In this document: positions 16,933 to 26,037 of the stretch, piece by piece
Layout of the letters: every line of letters begins with the position of its first letter
How positions within the stretch are numbered: position 1 is the stretch's first letter
Source: an uncultured Sterolibacterium sp.
GTDB lineage: Bacteria > Pseudomonadota > Gammaproteobacteria > Burkholderiales > Rhodocyclaceae
DNA length: 31,393 bases
NCBI GenBank assembly: GCA_964360125.1
Contig: CAYHXK010000001.1
Span: forward strand, 5,921-37,313
Direction of reading: 5' to 3'
Translations under genes and position numbers: made by a program
Notes under the pieces: generated by a model
The model's input: only the letters and a program-made list of their open reading frames with translations
What the model was told of the DNA's origin: nothing
Database searches by the model: none

Positions 16933-17016
16933 CAAGGGCTGGGCGGGAGGTTTGCACGACCGATATGTGCGCTTACCAGCACCGGGAGGGCGTGCGAACC
17001 TCCTGTCCCGCCCTTG
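16933..17016 (+). other. Long imperfect hairpin (candidate structured RNA)
   Basis: 16933-16958 pairs with 16991-17016: 22 Watson-Crick pairs, 3 G-U pairs and 1 mismatch; inner GTGC/GCAC stem. Confidence 0.55.
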
Positions 17017-17095
17017 GAATGGACTGAGCGTACTTCGGTTAAATGCGGGACGCAGTGAAACGTGATGTGACGAAGAAAAATAGTGGGAGAAACAA

Positions 17096-17989
17096 GTGAA
17101 AGCGATTTACCTTGACCACAACATCATCCAATACTTTAGTGGATGCTTTCCAAATAGCGTTGATGCAGCGACAGAGTTCGCCGCGCTAGCGGCCGCTAAG
17201 TCAGACCCAGATTGCCATTTTGTATTCTCGCCTTGGAGCATTTTCGAAGCTGCAAGCGGCACTGACTTGAAGCGTGTTGAAGCCTGCGCAAACTTCGTCG
17301 AAAGCCTCAGTCTTTGGTTCATCCCAGATCATCCTGTACTCGCAAAACGAGAAATGCGGCGCTATGTGTTCAGGAAGTACTTTGGCGAAGACACGCCGTT
17401 AGAACTTCCGTTTGCAGCTTGCTACTCGCAACATCTTACGGACCTTGGACTAGAGAACGTGCTTGTGGGGAAATATACGGCTGCTGGAATGATCCGACAT
17501 TATTCAAGAACGTCATCACCATTGAACCCCATTGATCAACAGAAAGTGGCTCGTCCATTGATTCTGAAGCAGTTGCAGGAAGCGAAGGCAGAGGGGAAGA
17601 TAACCGCCGAGTTGGAGCGGCAAGTTATCCAAGAGAGTTTCTCAATGCATTTTCCGGAACGATATCCTGATAGCACTCCGATATCTCTGGCCAGGCGAAA
17701 AAATATTATTTGCGACCTCGTAGCGAACCATAAAGAGGTGTTGCGCGAGTACCCGACGCTCTGGATTGATTCCCTCCTTGCGGACTACCGCATTGAAAAT
17801 AGAAACCGCAACCCACAAGCGGGGGATGCGATTGACTTGATGCATGCCGGCTCGGCATTGGTGTATTGCAATGCATTCGTAAGCTATGATGGATATACGC
17901 GAAACGGAGCTGAACGTGCAGCAAGAGCCGCGGAAACCGGGTGTAAAGTCGTGCCTCTGCTGTCCGCCTTATTCCCCGCTGAAGGATAG
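17096..17989 (+). CDS. Hypothetical protein with PIN-like catalytic motifs and a large insertion
   Basis: GTG start after a GGGAGA SD. 'IYLDHN' at the N-terminus, 'FSPWSIFE', and C-terminal 'GDAIDLMHA..ALVYCNAFVSYD'. Lower GC than the flanking core genes. Confidence 0.6.
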   Translation: MKAIYLDHNIIQYFSGCFPNSVDAATEFAALAAAKSDPDCHFVFSPWSIFEAASGTDLKRVEACANFVESLSLWFIPDHPVLAKREMRRYVFRKYFGEDTPLELPFAACYSQHLTDLGLENVLVGKYTAAGMIRHYSRTSSPLNPIDQQKVARPLILKQLQEAKAEGKITAELERQVIQESFSMHFPERYPDSTPISLARRKNIICDLVANHKEVLREYPTLWIDSLLADYRIENRNRNPQAGDAIDLMHAGSALVYCNAFVSYDGYTRNGAERAARAAETGCKVVPLLSALFPAEG

Positions 17990-18273
17990 ACTCACCAGTA
18001 TTGCGTTCAGGGAAGAGTGCTTGTGAGACATGGGGGCAGACCCACTGGGCGAACGGCTGTAATTCTGCCTGGGAGCGGACGAAACCTATAACCACGCTAA
18101 CTGACCGTTCAGGGTTTGAGACATTCGGTTGCCCCGTCTGATGACATTATCATACCATCGGCACTATGCCGCGCGGCATACCAAGCGCGGAGCAATCACG
18201 AAATCAGAATACAAAAAACGATAGCGGCCTGTTCGCAATAGGCCTCCAGGAGAGAGGCATGTGGGAATATCCG

Positions 18274-18861
18274 TTAACTTTTCAACTTGGCTAGGCCGGC
18301 ATTCAACTCCTCGATATCGAAGGCGGTGGGGTCGTAATCGTCTCCGACCCATTCAAGCAGTTCTTCCCGTTCCGGGTGCGCGGGATCGGCCAGCGCCTGC
18401 CTCATCTCGGCGTATCCCCAAGGACCGCCGCAGTCCTCCGGCGGCGCGGCGTTCTTGCCGGCGGTGCAACGCGGGTAAGGCACGCCAGGTATTGGCGGAA
18501 CAATCTTTTCGACCTTGATCGCATGCGTCCAGTCGTCGCCGAAGTCGTAGGTATAGGTGAAGCGGCTGCTCAATTCCGCCACCTGGCTCAGGCGGAACTT
18601 GCGCTCGTCGAGTTCGTCCATCTCCAAGCCGAAGGGGCCGGGCATCGGCTGGCCGTAATTCCGCCCTTCGATGTGGAAGCCGTGCAAATGGCTGTCCGTC
18701 CAGTCGAAGGCCATCTGGATCGCTTGATGCAGCCGCGCCAGGGTGATGTTGGCGGGGACTTCCAGTCGCCGCCAGATGGCCGGTTTGATATGGGTCAGAT
18801 CGATGCGCAGGACATAGATGCTGTCCGGAGTCTTGGTCGCTGCCGATTTTCTTGTGACCAT
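18274..18861 (-). CDS. Plasmid pRiA4b ORF-3 family protein
   Basis: 'L.I.L..I.P.IWRR..VP..ITL..LH..IQ.AF.W.DSHLH.F', 'YTYDFGDDW.H' and 'PPEDCGGPWGY'. Confidence 0.9.
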   Translation of the reverse strand: MVTRKSAATKTPDSIYVLRIDLTHIKPAIWRRLEVPANITLARLHQAIQMAFDWTDSHLHGFHIEGRNYGQPMPGPFGLEMDELDERKFRLSQVAELSSRFTYTYDFGDDWTHAIKVEKIVPPIPGVPYPRCTAGKNAAPPEDCGGPWGYAEMRQALADPAHPEREELLEWVGDDYDPTAFDIEELNAGLAKLKS

Positions 18862-18871
18862 GAGGATTCCC

Positions 18872-19471
18872 TCAGTCGTCTGTCGCCCGCAGGCGCTCGG
18901 CCAGGGGTTCCCACTGGATCGTCACGCCAGGCAGCACGGCAACCGGCGTTTCGCCCTTCAGTTCCTGCATATCCGGCTTGCCGAACTCGGCGCCTTCCAG
19001 CCGATACAGGGTAAGCACCCGGTCGATGGGATGAATCAGCCAGTATTCGCGCACGCCATGCCGTTCGTAGAGGCGGCGCTTGATGACCATATCGTGGCTG
19101 GCGGTGGCGGGCGACAGCACTTCGACGACGAAATCCGGCGCGCCGCGCACGCGTTTCTCGCCGATCTTGCCCGGATCGCAGACCACCAGCACGTCGGGTT
19201 GCACCACAGTGTCCGCCTGTTCGTCCGCCTCGCCCGCACGCGGCAGCACCACATCGACCGGCGCGATCAACACGCGGCAGAGCTTGCCTTCCAGGGCGTT
19301 GGCGAGCTGGCGGAAAATTTCTCCGACGATGTCCTGATGGCGCACGGTCGGCGCCGGCGCCATCAGGTAGGCGACGCCGTCGATCAGTTCGTAGCGGGCA
19401 TCTTCCGGCCATCCCAGATAGTCGCCGTAGGTATGGTAGGCGGCGTCGCGTTTCGCCAGGCTCATGTGCAT
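18872..19471 (-). CDS. Uma2 family (DUF820) PD-(D/E)xK endonuclease-like protein
   Basis: 'RYELIDG', 'P...HQ', 'VQPDVLVVCD', 'GAPDFVVEVLSP' and 'K..LYE.HGVREYWLI.P'; GAAGGAG SD before ATG 19471. Confidence 0.9.
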   Translation of the reverse strand: MHMSLAKRDAAYHTYGDYLGWPEDARYELIDGVAYLMAPAPTVRHQDIVGEIFRQLANALEGKLCRVLIAPVDVVLPRAGEADEQADTVVQPDVLVVCDPGKIGEKRVRGAPDFVVEVLSPATASHDMVIKRRLYERHGVREYWLIHPIDRVLTLYRLEGAEFGKPDMQELKGETPVAVLPGVTIQWEPLAERLRATDD

Positions 19472-19510
19472 TTCTCCTTCCCGCCCATCATAAGACACGA
19501 TCCGCCGAAA

Positions 19511-21553
19511 TCAAAACTCCAGCGGATCGACATCCAGATGCCAGCGCAGGTCGCGCGGCGCTTTCATCTGGTACAACTGTTCCACCCAGGCGGTCAGGAA
19601 GGCTTGCAGCGTCGGCCGACTGACCGATTCGACCAAGAGTTGCGCGCGCTCCAGCGCCATCACCCGATACATGCGCATCGGCACCGGGTCATAGAGACTC
19701 ACCCCATTGGGCAACAAGCTCCGCGCCACTGCGGCAGCCGTCTTGAGGAAGGCAATGGAAGCGTCAAGCTGCTTGGCCTCGGCGCGTAGCAGCGCCTGAA
19801 AGGTGAATGGGGGAAAGCCCGCCGCGCGGCGTTCGTCGAGTTGAGTGGCGGCGAAGCGCGCATAGTCGTGTGTTAGTAACGCCTGATACAGCGGATGCGC
19901 CGGATACTCGGTCTGGATCAGCACTTCGCCGGGCAGCGCTGCGCGTCCGCTGCGACCGCCGACCTGCATCAATTGGCTAAAGAGGCGTTCCGGCGCACGG
20001 AAGTCGGCAGCGAACAGCGCCGCATCGGCGCCGACCACGCCGACAAGGGTCAGCAGGGGAAAATCGTGGCCCTTGGCCAGCATCTGCGTGCCGATCAGGA
20101 TGTCGGCACGGCCGGCGTGGATGGTTTCGAGCATCGCCTGCCATTTGGCGGGGGTGCTGGCCGAGTCGCGGTCGACGCGTAGCAGGCGCGCAGCGGGAAA
20201 GCGCTGGGCGAGGTTTTCTGCGAGCCGCTGCGTGCCGCGACCGAAGGGATGGATATCCAGGTTGCCGCAGCCCGGACAACTCTTCGGGATCGCCGCTTCC
20301 AGGCCGCAGTGGTGACAGCGCAGGCACCGGTCGGCCAGATGCACCACCAGGTTTGCCGCGCAGCGCCCGCAGCGGCTCACCCAGCCGCAGGCGGGACACG
20401 CCAGCACCGGCGCATAGCCGCGACGGTTGAGGAAAATCAGGCTTTGCTCGCCGCGTTCCAGGCGTTGCGCGATGGCGGCCAGCAGCGCGGCGCTCATGCC
20501 GTCTTGCAGTTTCTCGCGCCGTGTATCGATGCAACGCACCGTCGGCGGCGCTTCGGCGACGGCCCGCTGCGTCAGTTCCAGCAACTTGTAACGGCCGCCC
20601 TCCCGACGTGCATGGTGGAAAGTCTCCAGCGATGGCGTGGCCGAACCCAGCACGATCGGCACGCCGCATTGATTGGCGCGCCAGACGGCGACATCGCGCG
20701 CCGAATAGCGCAGGCCTTCCTGCTGCTTGAAGGAGGCGTCATGCTCCTCGTCGACGACGATCAGGCCGAGCCGCGGCAGCGGCGCAAACACCGCCAGGCG
20801 CGTGCCGAGAACGATGTCGGCGCGACCTTCGAGAGCCTCTATGAAGCCGCGCGCCCGCGCCGCATCGGCCATGCCGCTGTGCGCCGAGACCACCCGGGCG
20901 CCGGGAAAACGCGCGGCAACACGTCCCTCCAGTTGCGGTGTCAGCGCGATCTCCGGCACCAGCATCAGCGCCTGCCTGCCCTGCGCCAGGGTCTGCTCGA
21001 TCAGGCGCAGATACACTTCGGTCTTGCCGCTGCCGGTGATGCCATGCAGCAGGAAGGCTGCGTAACGGCCGAAACCGGCGGCGACCGCAGCGACGGCGAC
21101 AGCTTGCTCGGGGTGAAGTTCTGGCACACTCGGCACACTCGGCACACTTGGCACACCCGGCACGCCCGACCCGGCTGCGGAGGCAGTTTCGGGCAAGGGT
21201 TTCGGCTTGCGTGTATTACGCTTAGCCGGTAATTTGCCGCGCCGCAAATAAGGCGGCAAGGCCAATGCCATCACTTCGCCGAGCGGATGCTGGTAATAAC
21301 GGCTGCAAAATTCCGTCAGCGCCAACCAGTCGCTTGGCAAGGCCGGCATGCCGCGCAATATTTCGCCCGCCGGCTTGAGCTTGTCCGGCGATTGCTCGCT
21401 GCTCCCGGTCACGGCGACGATCACGCCCAGCTTCGCGCCGCTGCCAAATGGCACGCGCACGCAACGGCCGATATCCTGCGGCGATGCATCATCCGAGGTG
21501 TAGTCGAACAGTCGCGGCAGCGGAATATCGATGGCGACGCGCAGTATGCTCAT
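19511..21553 (-). CDS. priA: Primosomal protein N' (replication restart helicase)
   Basis: 'LLHGITGSGKTEVY', 'LVPEIALTPQ', 'VDEEHDASFKQQEG.RYSARD', Zn-binding CxxC pairs and 'GTQMLAKGHDFP'. Confidence 0.97.
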   Translation of the reverse strand: MSILRVAIDIPLPRLFDYTSDDASPQDIGRCVRVPFGSGAKLGVIVAVTGSSEQSPDKLKPAGEILRGMPALPSDWLALTEFCSRYYQHPLGEVMALALPPYLRRGKLPAKRNTRKPKPLPETASAAGSGVPGVPSVPSVPSVPELHPEQAVAVAAVAAGFGRYAAFLLHGITGSGKTEVYLRLIEQTLAQGRQALMLVPEIALTPQLEGRVAARFPGARVVSAHSGMADAARARGFIEALEGRADIVLGTRLAVFAPLPRLGLIVVDEEHDASFKQQEGLRYSARDVAVWRANQCGVPIVLGSATPSLETFHHARREGGRYKLLELTQRAVAEAPPTVRCIDTRREKLQDGMSAALLAAIAQRLERGEQSLIFLNRRGYAPVLACPACGWVSRCGRCAANLVVHLADRCLRCHHCGLEAAIPKSCPGCGNLDIHPFGRGTQRLAENLAQRFPAARLLRVDRDSASTPAKWQAMLETIHAGRADILIGTQMLAKGHDFPLLTLVGVVGADAALFAADFRAPERLFSQLMQVGGRSGRAALPGEVLIQTEYPAHPLYQALLTHDYARFAATQLDERRAAGFPPFTFQALLRAEAKQLDASIAFLKTAAAVARSLLPNGVSLYDPVPMRMYRVMALERAQLLVESVSRPTLQAFLTAWVEQLYQMKAPRDLRWHLDVDPLEF
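21123..21167. repeat. In-frame 9-bp tandem repeat (5 copies) in the priA linker
   Basis: GGCACACTC x2, GGCACACTT, GGCACACCC, GGCACGCCC; encodes GVPGVPSVPSVPSVP. Confidence 0.85.
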
Positions 21554-21643
21554 GCTTCCTTCAGTGATCAGATGCTTGCCGAAGAATCGTCGACGTCACA
21601 TTGGTTTTGTCGGCTAATTCATTGCTGACAAAGGTGAATACAG

Positions 21644-21907
21644 TTACCCACTCTCTCTGTGGATAGTTTTGTGCACAAATTCCTGGATATTTACGCAAAT
21701 CCTTGCCGGATAAAGCCATCATGCTACGTGTGAATTTACTGATACAGTTATAATAGAAATAAATCAATTAGTTAGAATACATACCGGAATTGAGAGGGAA
21801 TAGACCGGGGTTTTTCCAGGCCATGCCGTTTTCTGTGCATAAGTCAAGCGATCGGACCAGTAGCAGGGGATCCGCAACCGCTTCTGTATAGCCAAAGTTA
21901 TGTATAG
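21644..21907. promoter_or_regulatory. DnaA-box cluster with IHF site and AT-rich tract (oriC- or datA-like)
   Basis: TTACCCACT 21644, TGTGGATAG 21658, TGTGCACAA 21670 and TGTGCATAA 21834 (the last matches TTWTNCACA exactly). IHF consensus AATCAA-TTAG-TTA at 21762-21774 lies within an AT-rich stretch. Confidence 0.6.
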
Positions 21908-22001
21908 GAGTGAGTGCCAACCCTGCTCCATCACCCATCTCTTCCAATGGTTCCCCGCAATAGGCTTGTATAGAGGTGGGTATGACGACCTGTACCGCTG
22001 G

Positions 22002-23078
22002 CTAGCGCTGGTGAAATTGTCGACTGTATTCATGCACCGTATTCACCAATACCGATACATTCTCCGGTTTTGTGAATTGCGAGATGCCATGACCCAGATT
22101 AAATACATGACCGCCGCCGGGACCGGCGGCATGAAAATCGTCGAGCACTTGCTTGGCCTCGCTGACTATCGCCTCCGGGGAGGCAAACAACGCGACCGGA
22201 TCGAGGTTGCCTTGCAAGGCTACACGGTCAGCCACGCGCCGGCGCGATTCGGCCAGGCTCGAGGTCCAGTCGAGACCGACTGCATCGCAGCCGATGGCGG
22301 CAATCTCTTCCAGCCACTGGCCGCCGCCCTTGGTGAACACGATGCTCGGCACGATCTCCCCGTCGCGCTCCCGGATCAGGCCGGCGACAATGCGCTGTAG
22401 GTAGGCGAGTGAAAATTCACGGTAGGCGCGCTGCGAAAGCGCGCCGCCCCAGGTGTCGAAAATCATCACGGCCTGGGCGCCGGATTCGATCTGGGCATTC
22501 AGGTAACTCGTCACCGACTCTGCCGTCACTTCGAGGATGTGATGAAGCAGGTCGGGCCGATCGTAGAGCATGGTCTTGACGCGACGGAAATCCTCCGAGG
22601 CGCCGCCCTCGATCATGTAGCAGGCCAGGGTAAACGGACTACCGGAAAAGCCGATCAGCGGCACCGAATTGTCCAGCGCCTTGCGGATTTCCACCACGGC
22701 ATCCATCACATAGCGCAAATGGTCGTAGGGGTCGGGCGCCGCCAGGGCGCGGATCTCCCATTCCTCGCGCAATGGCCGCTCGAACTTCGGTCCTTCGCCA
22801 TCGGCGAAATACAGGCCGAGACCCATCGCATCGGGCACGGTGAGTATGTCCGAAAACAGGATCGCCGCATCCAGCTCGTAGCGCGCCAGCGGTTGCAGCG
22901 TCACCTCGCAAGCCAGGCTCGGCGACTTGCACAGATTCAGGAAATTCCCGGCGCGGCGGCGCGTTTCGCAATATTCCGGCAAATAGCGGCCCGCCTGGCG
23001 CATCAGCCAGACAGGGGTGTACTCGACCGGCTCGCGCAACAGGGCACGCAGGAAACTGTCGTTCTTGGGGCGAGCCAT
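22002..23078 (-). CDS. hemE: Uroporphyrinogen decarboxylase
   Basis: '[15 protein letters not shown]', '[10 protein letters not shown]', '[18 protein letters not shown]' and 'FNLGHGI'. Confidence 0.97.
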   Translation of the reverse strand: MARPKNDSFLRALLREPVEYTPVWLMRQAGRYLPEYCETRRRAGNFLNLCKSPSLACEVTLQPLARYELDAAILFSDILTVPDAMGLGLYFADGEGPKFERPLREEWEIRALAAPDPYDHLRYVMDAVVEIRKALDNSVPLIGFSGSPFTLACYMIEGGASEDFRRVKTMLYDRPDLLHHILEVTAESVTSYLNAQIESGAQAVMIFDTWGGALSQRAYREFSLAYLQRIVAGLIRERDGEIVPSIVFTKGGGQWLEEIAAIGCDAVGLDWTSSLAESRRRVADRVALQGNLDPVALFASPEAIVSEAKQVLDDFHAAGPGGGHVFNLGHGISQFTKPENVSVLVNTVHEYSRQFHQR

Positions 23079-23109
23079 GGAAAACTCCGTCAATAAAAAA
23101 CCAATTATC

Positions 23110-24564
23110 TCACTTGCGCCAGAAAGCCGGGGTGATCACCACCAGCAAAGTGAAGATTTCCAGCCGTCCGAGCAGCATGGCGAAGGTGCACACCCAGGTT
23201 TGAAAATCGGTCAGGCCCGCGAATGTGGTCGCCGGTCCGACCTGGTTGAGGCCAGGGCCGGTATTGTTGATCGAGGCCACCACGGCCGAGAAAGCGGTGA
23301 CAACTTCCAGCCCGGAGAAGACCAGGAGCAGCGTCATGCAAACGATGCTGGTCATATACATGAAGCCGAAAGCCAGCACCGCGAAAAGGATAGCCTGGGG
23401 CACCGGCTCGCCGTGCAGCTGCACCGGCCACACGGCATTCGGGTGCATGGCGCGGATCAGTTCGCGATACACCAGCTTGTAGAGCAGGATCGCCCGGATC
23501 ATCTTGATGCCGCCTCCGGTGGAGCCGGCGCTGGTGGCGAAACTGCACAGAAACAGCATCCACAGGGGGGCGAAGAACGGCCACAGGTTGTAGTCGGTAT
23601 TGGCGAAGCCGGTGGTGGTGGCGATGGAAACCACGTTGAACGCGGAAAACCGCAACGCAGTGAGAAAATCCGGGTAGGCGCCCAACGCCCACAGATAAAC
23701 CGCGATGCCCAGGACGCTGCCGAGAGTCACGACAAGAAACCAGCGGGCTTCCGGGTCGCGCAAGTAAGGCAGCAGCGACCGTCCCCGCAAGGCCAGGAAC
23801 AGCGTCGCAAAGTTCATTCCGGCGAGCAGCATGAAAATCACCGTCACCAACTCAATGGCGGGCGAATTGAAAAAACCGAAGCTGGCGTCATGGCTGGAAA
23901 ACCCGCCCAGCCCCATGGTCGCGAAGGAATGCATGACGGCATCGAACCAATCCATGCCCGCCCAGCGCAAGCTGAGGATGCAGGCGGCTGTCGCCAGCGC
24001 ATACACCAGCCACAAGCCTTTGGCGGTCTGGGTCATGCGCGGCGTCAACTGGGCGTCTTTCATCGGTCCGGGAGTCTCCGCCTTGAACATCTGCCGCCCG
24101 CCTATGCCCAGCAACGGCAGGATCGCCACGGCCAGCACGATCAGTCCCATGCCCCCCAGCCAGACCAGCAGGCCGCGCCATAAATTGATCGACGGCGGCA
24201 ATTGATCGAGACCGGTGAGCACCGTCGCACCGGTGGTGGTCAATCCCGAGACGGCCTCGAAGTAAGCGTCGGTAAAAGAGATTCCCAGATGGAAATACAG
24301 GGGCAGGCAGGCGAACACCGGCAGCAGCGTCCACACCATCACCACCATCAGGAAACCGTCGCGCACCTTGAGCTCGCGCGTTTCGCGGCGCGTCACCCAC
24401 CACAGGCCGCAGCCGGTGGCAAAGGTCAGCAGAAACGCATCATCGTAAGCCGACTCGGCGCCATCCAGCAGCCACCACGACTGCAGCAGTGGCGCCAGCA
24501 GGGTCAGGGCGAAGCCCATCAGCAGGACACCGAAGACGCGGATGACGGGGTAGTAACGCCGCAT
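23110..24564 (-). CDS. trkH: Trk potassium uptake membrane protein
   Basis: '[13 protein letters not shown]', 'WLGGMG', 'GGFS', 'TTTGF', 'GSTGGGIK', 'INNTGPG' and 'GRLE' motifs. Confidence 0.95.
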   Translation of the reverse strand: MRRYYPVIRVFGVLLMGFALTLLAPLLQSWWLLDGAESAYDDAFLLTFATGCGLWWVTRRETRELKVRDGFLMVVMVWTLLPVFACLPLYFHLGISFTDAYFEAVSGLTTTGATVLTGLDQLPPSINLWRGLLVWLGGMGLIVLAVAILPLLGIGGRQMFKAETPGPMKDAQLTPRMTQTAKGLWLVYALATAACILSLRWAGMDWFDAVMHSFATMGLGGFSSHDASFGFFNSPAIELVTVIFMLLAGMNFATLFLALRGRSLLPYLRDPEARWFLVVTLGSVLGIAVYLWALGAYPDFLTALRFSAFNVVSIATTTGFANTDYNLWPFFAPLWMLFLCSFATSAGSTGGGIKMIRAILLYKLVYRELIRAMHPNAVWPVQLHGEPVPQAILFAVLAFGFMYMTSIVCMTLLLVFSGLEVVTAFSAVVASINNTGPGLNQVGPATTFAGLTDFQTWVCTFAMLLGRLEIFTLLVVITPAFWRK

Positions 24565-24570
24565 CGCGGA

Positions 24571-26001
24571 TCAAAGGAAGTTGAAGCCGACCTGAAACAG
24601 CTTCTCGACCTCGGGAACCTGGCGCTTGCGGCTGCAGAACACCACCACATGATCGCCGGCCTCGATCAGCGTATCGTGGTGCGGGATGATGACCCGATCG
24701 AGGCTCGCGTCGGTTGGCTCCCCGTTGCTGACGGCAATCCGGTTTTCTTGGCTCACCCTGACGATGGCGCCGATCCGCGCACCCTTGATGACCGGCAGCT
24801 CCTCGATGCGGCGACCCACCACCTTGGAACTGCCGCGATCGCCGTGCACCACCAGTTCCAGCGCCTCCGCGGCGCCCCGGCGCAGGCTGTGCACCTGGGC
24901 CACGTCGCCGCGGCGGACATAGGCCAGCAGGGAACCGATGGAGATCTGGGCCGGCGACAGGCCGATGTCGATCGGCCCCCCCTGCGCCATTTCGGCATAG
25001 GCGCGGCGGTTGATCAGCGCCACTACGCGCCGGCAGCCGAGGCGCTTGGCCAGCGACGCGGCCATGATGTTGTCCTCGTCGTCGCTGGTCAGGGCGAGAA
25101 ACATTTCCATCTCTTCGATGTTCTCCTGGGCCAGCAGATTTTCGTCGGTGGCGTCGCCGCACAGTACCAGCGCCTCCCTGAGGCGGACGGCAATGGATTC
25201 GGCGCGCTGCGCATCGCGTTCGATCAGCTTGACCTGAATCTGCGCCCCGAGCGCCTCCGCCACCCGCGCGCCGATATTCCCTCCGCCGGCAATCATTACC
25301 CGCATAACCGGCTGCTGCATGCGGCGCAATTCGCGCATCACCGGGCGGATGTGCTCGCTGGCGGACAGCAAGAAAACTTCGTCCTCGGCCCTGATGATCG
25401 TGCCGCCCTCGACATCGACCGATCGATGCTCGCGGAAAATCGCCGCAATGCGCGCGTCGACGCCCGCGGGAAGGTGGCTCTTCATTTCCCTGATCTGCTT
25501 CCCGACCAGCAATCCACCCTCATAGGCGCGCACGCAAATCAGGGTCACCCGGCCCGAGGCGAATTCCAGCACCTGCAAGGCCTCGGGAAATTCAATCAGC
25601 TTGGCGATGTAATCGGTGATGTCCTGTTCCGGACAGATGGCATGACTGACGGCAAAATTGTCGTCGGCCAGCAGGCGCTGGTCGTCGAGAAAATCCCTCG
25701 AGCGCAGGCGCGCGATGCGCGTGGGAACACTGAACAGGCTCCTGGCAATCTTGCAGGCGACCAGATTGGTCTGGTCGGACTGGGTCACCGCCACCAGCAT
25801 TTCGGCATCGTCGATGCCGGCCTCTGTCAACACCGAAGGCAGGGAAGCGTCACCCGTGACGGTGCGGATGTCGAGACGGTCGGCAAGTATCGACAGCCGC
25901 TGGCGGTCCTTGTCCACCACGGTAATGTCGTTGGCCTCCGACGCCAGCGCCTCGGCTACGCTGGTTCCGACCTGGCCAGCGCCAAGAATCACGATTCTCA
26001 C
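24571..26001 (-). CDS. trkA: Trk potassium uptake NAD-binding regulatory subunit
   Basis: Two RCK domains: 'ILGAGQVG' and 'IAGGGNIG'; 'VHSLRRGAAEA.E'. Confidence 0.95.
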   Translation of the reverse strand: MRIVILGAGQVGTSVAEALASEANDITVVDKDRQRLSILADRLDIRTVTGDASLPSVLTEAGIDDAEMLVAVTQSDQTNLVACKIARSLFSVPTRIARLRSRDFLDDQRLLADDNFAVSHAICPEQDITDYIAKLIEFPEALQVLEFASGRVTLICVRAYEGGLLVGKQIREMKSHLPAGVDARIAAIFREHRSVDVEGGTIIRAEDEVFLLSASEHIRPVMRELRRMQQPVMRVMIAGGGNIGARVAEALGAQIQVKLIERDAQRAESIAVRLREALVLCGDATDENLLAQENIEEMEMFLALTSDDEDNIMAASLAKRLGCRRVVALINRRAYAEMAQGGPIDIGLSPAQISIGSLLAYVRRGDVAQVHSLRRGAAEALELVVHGDRGSSKVVGRRIEELPVIKGARIGAIVRVSQENRIAVSNGEPTDASLDRVIIPHHDTLIEAGDHVVVFCSRKRQVPEVEKLFQVGFNFL

Positions 26002-26037
26002 GCAGTCACCTTCTCACCCTTTCACCCGCTCACCCTT

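Noticed and set aside
18070-18150. Possible hammerhead ribozyme (GAAAC ... CTGATGA)
   Set aside because: Stems I and II cannot be formed: GCGGAC does not pair with CATTAT.
15560-18273. Integron cassette array or CRISPR
   Set aside because: No RYYYAAC...GTTRRRY attC structure, no integrase, and no regularly spaced identical repeats.
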